Assembly: GCA_031414595.1 (NCBI GenBank)
Contig: JANNVX010000088.1
Coordinates: forward strand, 241,220 to 305,219
Origin: Deinococcales bacterium
Lineage (GTDB): Bacteria; Deinococcota; Deinococci; Deinococcales; JAAFIG01
DNA length: 64,000 nt
Direction of reading: 5' to 3'
Shown here in pieces: positions 59,211 through 64,000 of this stretch (its first letter is position 1; each line of letters starts with the position of its first letter). Position numbers and translations under genes: made by a program. The notes under the pieces are model-generated. The model saw only the letters and a program-made list of their open reading frames with translations, was not told the DNA's origin and did not search any database.

Positions 59211-59258
59211 TGTGAAATAAATCACGATTAAATCTATTTTGTGAATTATTTATTGAAA
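59211..59258 (-). repeat. 48-bp intergenic element, copy 3 (inverted)
   Basis: Reverse complement reads TTTCAATAAATAATTCACAAAA-N6-TAATCGTGA-N6-TCACA, with the same fixed blocks as copy 2. Confidence 0.75.
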
Positions 59259-59308
59259 CTTCCTTAATTTTTAAGATATGTTCTAGGCAATGCACACAAA
59301 TTTTTAGC

Positions 59309-60205
59309 TTAGTCTTTTTGATTGCGCTGCAAAATTTGACTTAAAAACACACCAATCATCGTCAGCAAGACAATAATCGTAGATAAAGCATTGATGTCTG
59401 GTGTTATCCCGCGCTTGACCGAAGCATAAATTAGAATTGGTAGGGTTTGCGATTCGGGTCCAGAGGTAAAAAACGAAATCACAAAATCATCTATAGACAA
59501 AGTAAACGCCAAAAGTGCGCCAGCCATCACGCCCGGTAAGGCAAGCGGCAGCACAACTTGTCGCACTGTCTCGAGTGGTGAGGCATATAAATCCCGAGCC
59601 GCTTCTTCTAAGGCGGGGTCTAGGGTAGCCAGTCTCGAGCGAACCACAATTGCCACAAACGCAATTTGGAAAGTCACATGGGCAATAATCATGCTTGGCA
59701 TTCCAGGTTCAAAAAACGGCAGGATATTCCGCAGCACTTGGTAAAGTAGCAGTAAAGAAATCGCCATGACAATATCTGGGGTAACAACTGGAATGTACAT
59801 CAGCCAAGCCACCAGTTTTGACCCCGGGAAGCGGTAGCGATGCAAACCATACCCGAGCAGTGAACCAATTACTGTAGCAATGGCGGTACTAATGATGGCG
59901 AGTACCAAAGTATTTTGTGTGGCTGCCAGTAACTGCGCTCCCTCGAGTCCACCTGTCACACTTTCATCGCCAAAAATTTTAGCGTACCACTTGGTGGTAA
60001 ATCCAGCCCAGTCAAGCCTAAATCTCGAGTTGTTAAAGCTCATCACCGCCACCACCAGAATTGGGGCATATAAAAAAGCAAATGCAAAAAAACTGGTGAT
60101 AGATAAAGGCAGACTGGCTTTACGCACTTGCGAACGGCGCAAGCCAAAATGCCAAGCCAGAAACAAAATCGTCATGCCGCCCAGAAAAAAAACCCAGAAC
60201 ATCAA
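59309..60205 (-). CDS. potC: Polyamine ABC transporter permease
   Basis: LYAPI...SFN, LEEAARDL.A, FTLSIDDF, TLP..IY...RG.TP.INA. Confidence 0.9.
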   Translation of the reverse strand: MMFWVFFLGGMTILFLAWHFGLRRSQVRKASLPLSITSFFAFAFLYAPILVVAVMSFNNSRFRLDWAGFTTKWYAKIFGDESVTGGLEGAQLLAATQNTLVLAIISTAIATVIGSLLGYGLHRYRFPGSKLVAWLMYIPVVTPDIVMAISLLLLYQVLRNILPFFEPGMPSMIIAHVTFQIAFVAIVVRSRLATLDPALEEAARDLYASPLETVRQVVLPLALPGVMAGALLAFTLSIDDFVISFFTSGPESQTLPILIYASVKRGITPDINALSTIIVLLTMIGVFLSQILQRNQKD

Positions 60206-60223
60206 TTCCCCCTCGAGCCAAAG

Positions 60224-60257
60224 TTTAACCTTTGCCTTTCGCCCTTTGCCTTTCGCC
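60224..60257. repeat. Short heptamer tandem repeat (TTTCGCC/CTTTGCC)
   Basis: TTTAACCTTTGCCTTTCGCCCTTTGCCTTTCGCC between potB and potC. Confidence 0.6.
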
Positions 60258-60263
60258 TCTTAC

Positions 60264-61190
60264 TCATAACAAATCACGCATTCCCTTCTCCCCTACTCGG
60301 CGGGCGTATAACCATAAAACCAGTAAGGTTAATCCCATCACCAAAAAGCTAATGGCTGCCCCAAATGGATAATCTCTGGAAGACCCAAATTGCTGGGCGA
60401 TGCTGTTGCCAATCAGCGCCACTTTTGCCCCACCAAGTAAGTCCGGCACAACAAACATTCCCAAGGCTGGAATAGCCGTTAAAATAATTCCAGCCGTTAA
60501 ACCGGGTAGGGTTTGCGGCACAAGCACTTGGAAAAAGGCTTGGGTTTTGGTGGCGTATAAGTCTTGGGCTGCCTCGAGTTGCGACCAGTCTATGCGCTCA
60601 ACCGCGCTATAAAGCGGCAACACAATAAAAGGCAAAAAGACATTGACCATCCCCAAATAGACCGCAAAATCAGATGGATACAGTCCTTCGTTGGGTTTAA
60701 CAATGCCTAAACTGACAGCCAATTGGGTAATTGGACTCGAGGGGTTAAACATAATCATCCAAGCGTAGGTGCGAATCACCAGATTGACCCAACTTGGTAC
60801 AATTACAAAAATCATCAGGCGGTCACGGACTTGGGGTTTATGGGCAGCAATAAAAAATGCCAAAGGGTAAGCAATCAGCACACAAAAAAAGGTTGTGACT
60901 AAGGACACCAGAATCGTCCGTCCGACAATAATCAGGTAGGCTGCGTCGTAGCCAAGCACGTCCCAACCCGCAAAACGCACATAATTATCTATGGTCAATG
61001 GAAACACGGCGTTCCCGAGTTCATCGCGGGTTAAAAAGCTATAACCAAATAAAATCAGCATTGGTAAAACCAAGAACAGCGCAATCCAAACAATTCCCGC
61101 TCCTGCGGTGGCGGCGGCTCGAGTTAGTAGCTGCCTTGGGGTCAATAATTCGCCGCCAGCCGCCTCGAGTTTTGGTTTTTTAGTCATCAT
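60264..61190 (-). CDS. potB: Polyamine ABC transporter permease
   Basis: IRTYAW, LPFIVLPLY, EAAQDL.A, PDLLGG, IG..I.QQF..RD.PFGAA. Confidence 0.9.
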   Translation of the reverse strand: MMTKKPKLEAAGGELLTPRQLLTRAAATAGAGIVWIALFLVLPMLILFGYSFLTRDELGNAVFPLTIDNYVRFAGWDVLGYDAAYLIIVGRTILVSLVTTFFCVLIAYPLAFFIAAHKPQVRDRLMIFVIVPSWVNLVIRTYAWMIMFNPSSPITQLAVSLGIVKPNEGLYPSDFAVYLGMVNVFLPFIVLPLYSAVERIDWSQLEAAQDLYATKTQAFFQVLVPQTLPGLTAGIILTAIPALGMFVVPDLLGGAKVALIGNSIAQQFGSSRDYPFGAAISFLVMGLTLLVLWLYARRVGEKGMRDLL

Positions 61191-61191
61191 T

Positions 61192-62331
61192 TCACTTCCC
61201 CTCGAGTGCATCTGGGTCTAAGCGGCTATTACCTTGTAGTACCACCATTAAATTGGCGGGCAAATGGGCATAAAGCTGGTCGCCGACTTCATAATCTGAA
61301 TCGGTCACGCCAGAATTCATGGTGTTGACCTCGAGTTCAAAGCCGATTGTGGTTTTAACACGGTATGCTCCGGTAGCCCCTTGGTAAATGTCGTCGGTGA
61401 CACTGACGGCAACCGTGTTTTGCGCCGTATTTTGCGCTTTAGAAAGTTGGATTTTTTCTGGACGAATCGAAAGCAGCACATCTTTTCCAACGGCTGGTAA
61501 ATGGTCGCGCACCTCGAGTTCGCCAAGAATGGTTTTGACAGTGTTTGGCGCGGTGACTGTGCCTTCGAGTAAGTTGCTCGAGCCTAGGAATTTAGCGACA
61601 TAGGCGTTACTTGGGCGTTCATACATCTCTTGTACGCCGCCAAGTTGTTCGATTACACCTTTGTTCATCACCGCGATTCGGTCAGACATGGTTAATGCCT
61701 CTTCTTGGTCGTGGGTCACAAAAATAAAAGTTAAACCAAGACGGGCTTGAAGCCGCATCAGTTCGACTTGCAGATTGACCCTCAGTTTACGGTCAAGTGC
61801 CGAAAGGGGTTCGTCAAGCAGTAAGACTTGTGGTTCGTTGACAATGGCTCGAGCCAGTGCCACACGCTGACGTTGACCGCCCGATAATTGGGCAGGACGA
61901 CGGTCGGCAAAAGCAGCAATTTCAACCATCTCGAGGGCAGACATGACTTTATCCTTAATTTGTGCGGCTGGAACTTTTCGCATTTTTAAGCCAAACGCCA
62001 CGTTTTCCGATACGGTCATGTGTGGAAAAAGCGCATAATTTTGAAAAACCGTATTGACACTGCGCTGGTTCGGCGCAAGTGGTGCGACATCTTGACCACG
62101 CAGCAGAACTGCTCCAGAATCGGCAAATTCAAATCCTGCCAGAATCCGAAGTAATGTGGTTTTACCGCAGCCCGAAGGACCAAGCAGACTAAAAAATTCT
62201 CCTCGACGAATTTCTAAGTTGATGCCTTTCAGGACTTGGGCATCGCCAAAAGATTTTCGGATGTCCTTGAAATGCACATCTACGCTTTCATCAAGCACCC
62301 GTTTGCGGCGCTCACCAATGTTTAATTCCAT
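61192..62331 (-). CDS. potA: Polyamine ABC transporter ATPase
   Basis: GPSGCGKT, VNTVFQNYALFPHM, LSGGQ, LLLDEPL, VTHDQEEAL, TOBE tail. Confidence 0.93.
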   Translation of the reverse strand: MELNIGERRKRVLDESVDVHFKDIRKSFGDAQVLKGINLEIRRGEFFSLLGPSGCGKTTLLRILAGFEFADSGAVLLRGQDVAPLAPNQRSVNTVFQNYALFPHMTVSENVAFGLKMRKVPAAQIKDKVMSALEMVEIAAFADRRPAQLSGGQRQRVALARAIVNEPQVLLLDEPLSALDRKLRVNLQVELMRLQARLGLTFIFVTHDQEEALTMSDRIAVMNKGVIEQLGGVQEMYERPSNAYVAKFLGSSNLLEGTVTAPNTVKTILGELEVRDHLPAVGKDVLLSIRPEKIQLSKAQNTAQNTVAVSVTDDIYQGATGAYRVKTTIGFELEVNTMNSGVTDSDYEVGDQLYAHLPANLMVVLQGNSRLDPDALEGK

Positions 62332-62419
62332 GCAGCATCATACCGTATTGGGGAATACCAAACCAAGTGTGGGTTTTGACCATTGTCCCGAGGTGCTTTT
62401 TGGTATCGTTATCTTCTAC

Positions 62420-63184
62420 ATGACCGTTCGTTTAGCCATCATTACCGACTTGCATCACGGACGCGATACAGGCAAAGTACGCGGACCCGAAGCCTTGGAA
62501 TTGCTCTCTAAAATCGTGGGGCAAATTCATTTGCTCGAGCCAGATGCAGTGATTGAGCTTGGAGACCGACTAACCGACGAGAACCCGCCAACTGACCGAA
62601 GCCGCTTACTCGAGTTAGCCCATGAGTTTAAGCGCTTGCCTTACCCTCGACATCATATTTCGGGCAACCACGATATGCTCCCCAAAGCCGAGCAAGAAGC
62701 CATACTGGGCGCAAACCTTGGCAACCACACGGCAGAATTTCAAACTTGGACACTGGTTTTTCTTGATTCATATGATGGGACAACTGGTGGCTTGTTAAAT
62801 AGTCAAACCCTGACTTGGCTCGAGGAAACCTTAAAAAGTTGTAAAACCCCTGTGGTAATTTTTAGTCATCAACCTCTACATGGACAGTGGCTCGAGGGCA
62901 ACCCGTACTTTGAAAGTGAGTACCGTGAACACGCCAGTGCCAAGGGCGCTGAAATTGCCCGTGCAATCATTGAACAAAGCGGAAAAGTCAGGCTTTGTAT
63001 TTCTGGTCATGCCCACTGGTTTGACCAGCGTATTGTGGGTGGAATTGCCTACATCACACTTTTAGGTCCAACTGAATCACACTGGTCAGATGGCTTGGCT
63101 TGCGGCGCTTGGACATTACTTGAACTTGGTGAAACGATCCAACTCGAGCAGTTTGGGCTTGTGCCACAAAAAATTGTCCTTTAG
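62420..63184 (+). CDS. Calcineurin-like metallophosphoesterase
   Basis: TDLH, LGD, GNHD, SH, GHAH. Confidence 0.9.
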   Translation: MTVRLAIITDLHHGRDTGKVRGPEALELLSKIVGQIHLLEPDAVIELGDRLTDENPPTDRSRLLELAHEFKRLPYPRHHISGNHDMLPKAEQEAILGANLGNHTAEFQTWTLVFLDSYDGTTGGLLNSQTLTWLEETLKSCKTPVVIFSHQPLHGQWLEGNPYFESEYREHASAKGAEIARAIIEQSGKVRLCISGHAHWFDQRIVGGIAYITLLGPTESHWSDGLACGAWTLLELGETIQLEQFGLVPQKIVL

Positions 63185-63204
63185 ACTTCTGGTTAGAATT
63201 GTGC

Positions 63205-63879
63205 ATGGACTTAAATGCTTACTTAGAAATTGCCCTAACTGCCGCTAAAGCTGCTGGAAAAATTCAGCGCGACCACGTTGGACTCGAGCTTGAAATCAGC
63301 TCTAAGAGCGTGGATTCAGACCTTGTAACAATCGTTGATGCCAAATGCGAAGCAACCATTCGCAGAATTATCCTAGATGCCTACCCAAATCATCAAATTC
63401 TTGGCGAAGAAGGCGGCAGTGTCGGCAACAGTCAATATGTCTGGATTGTAGACCCGCTTGATGGTACGGTCAATTATGCCCATGGATTCCCATTTTATTG
63501 TGTTTCTATCGCCCTCGAGATAGCTGGTACTCGAGTGGTTGGTGTGGTTTATGACCCAATCAGGGATGAAATGTTTAGCGCCACAAAAGGCGGTGGGGCT
63601 TTTTTGAATGGGAATAAAATTGGGGTCTCGAGCCAAAAGACTTTAAGTGGACGGGCGATGTTAGCCACTGGTTTTCCTTATGACCCAAGCACGGCATTGC
63701 TGGCACTCGAAGTCTTTAAGCGCTTTTTGGCGCTGGGTTTACCGATTCGTCGCCCCGGTGCGGCGGCGCTTGATTTGTGTTATGTGGCGTGTGGGCGAAT
63801 TGATGGTTTTTTTGAGTACAAACTGAATGCTTGGGATTGTGCGGCTGGGATCTTACTGATTAGACGTTATCGGAAATAA
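63205..63879 (+). pseudogene. suhB: Inositol monophosphatase (SuhB) truncated by IS insertion
   Basis: DLVT, GEEG, WIVDPLDGTVNY, WDCAAG; the expected EAGG C-terminus is replaced by IS-derived RRYRK*. Confidence 0.85.
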
Positions 63880-64000
63880 GAAACTAGCTCGATTTCCGCA
63901 AAGCCCGTTTGCGAAAAGCACAGCGAAGGTTATGCAAACCACAAGCAATCTCCATAAACCAATCAGAGCAATACCACTTCGTATTCCGCAACACGTCCTT
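63861..64000 (-). mobile_element. One end of an IS (IS5-family / DDE_Tnp_4-type), partial
   Basis: Begins about 63861 with TAGACGTTATCGGAAATAAG; minus-strand 64000-63884 encodes KDVLRNTK...MEIACGLHNLR...*, a DDE_Tnp_4-like transposase C-terminus. Confidence 0.8.

Noticed and set aside
774-63636. Numerous short ORF-track entries antisense to or overlapping the called genes (e.g. 774-1244, 7570-8097, 12961-13560, 42962-43525)
   Set aside because: Shadow ORFs of real genes, with no motifs or independent start signals
51399-63883. Similarity of the recombinase-upstream site (reverse complement ACGTTAT-GGCT-AAATAAGAAA) to 63864-63883 (ACGTTAT-CGG-AAATAAGAAA) as an invertible or att pair
   Set aside because: Spacer lengths differ by one base and the right-hand copy is explained as the IS terminus next to a transposase stop; probably coincidental, though a decayed IS end at 51400 cannot be excluded
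1-64000. tRNA, rRNA or known riboswitch genes
   Set aside because: No cloverleaf/T-loop signature, rRNA-like tract or recognisable riboswitch consensus seen in the intergenic regions by eye; an Infernal or tRNAscan run would be decisive

Overview
Chromosomal segment from a bacterium that looks like a moderate-GC (about 45-50%) member of the Deinococcota. The placement is an inference from many leaderless genes, an lptC-lptA-lptA-like cluster, a solitary tyrosine recombinase and the protein family content. Housekeeping and envelope genes include a DEAD-box helicase, S9 peptidase, ECF sigma/anti-sigma pair, H+-PPase, hisS, aspS, potABC, namZ and suhB. They surround an accessory region (about 31.5-50 kb) with two SARP/BTAD-NB-ARC-TPR (STAND) regulators, their apparent target operons, gene remnants, vapBC and a two-component system. 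The main unexplained structures are: (1) a TGCGACGC direct-repeat operator (11-bp period, 8-9 bp before a -10 box) at three promoters tied to the STAND regulators, two copies of which form a 47-bp direct repeat around an AT-rich effector plus TPR-sensor cassette; (2) extreme over-representation of the palindrome CTCGAG (about 6/kb in the hand-counted first 4.3 kb), with gene remnants breaking at CTCGAG; (3) a 48-bp intergenic element with a CRP-like box in three copies; (4) a switch-like leader on the DEAD-box helicase; (5) a divergent sigma/anti-sigma pair with mirror-image ECF promoters. suhB is truncated by an IS at the right edge. No rRNA, tRNA or CRISPR array was recognised. All family calls are by eye from motifs, not from database searches.
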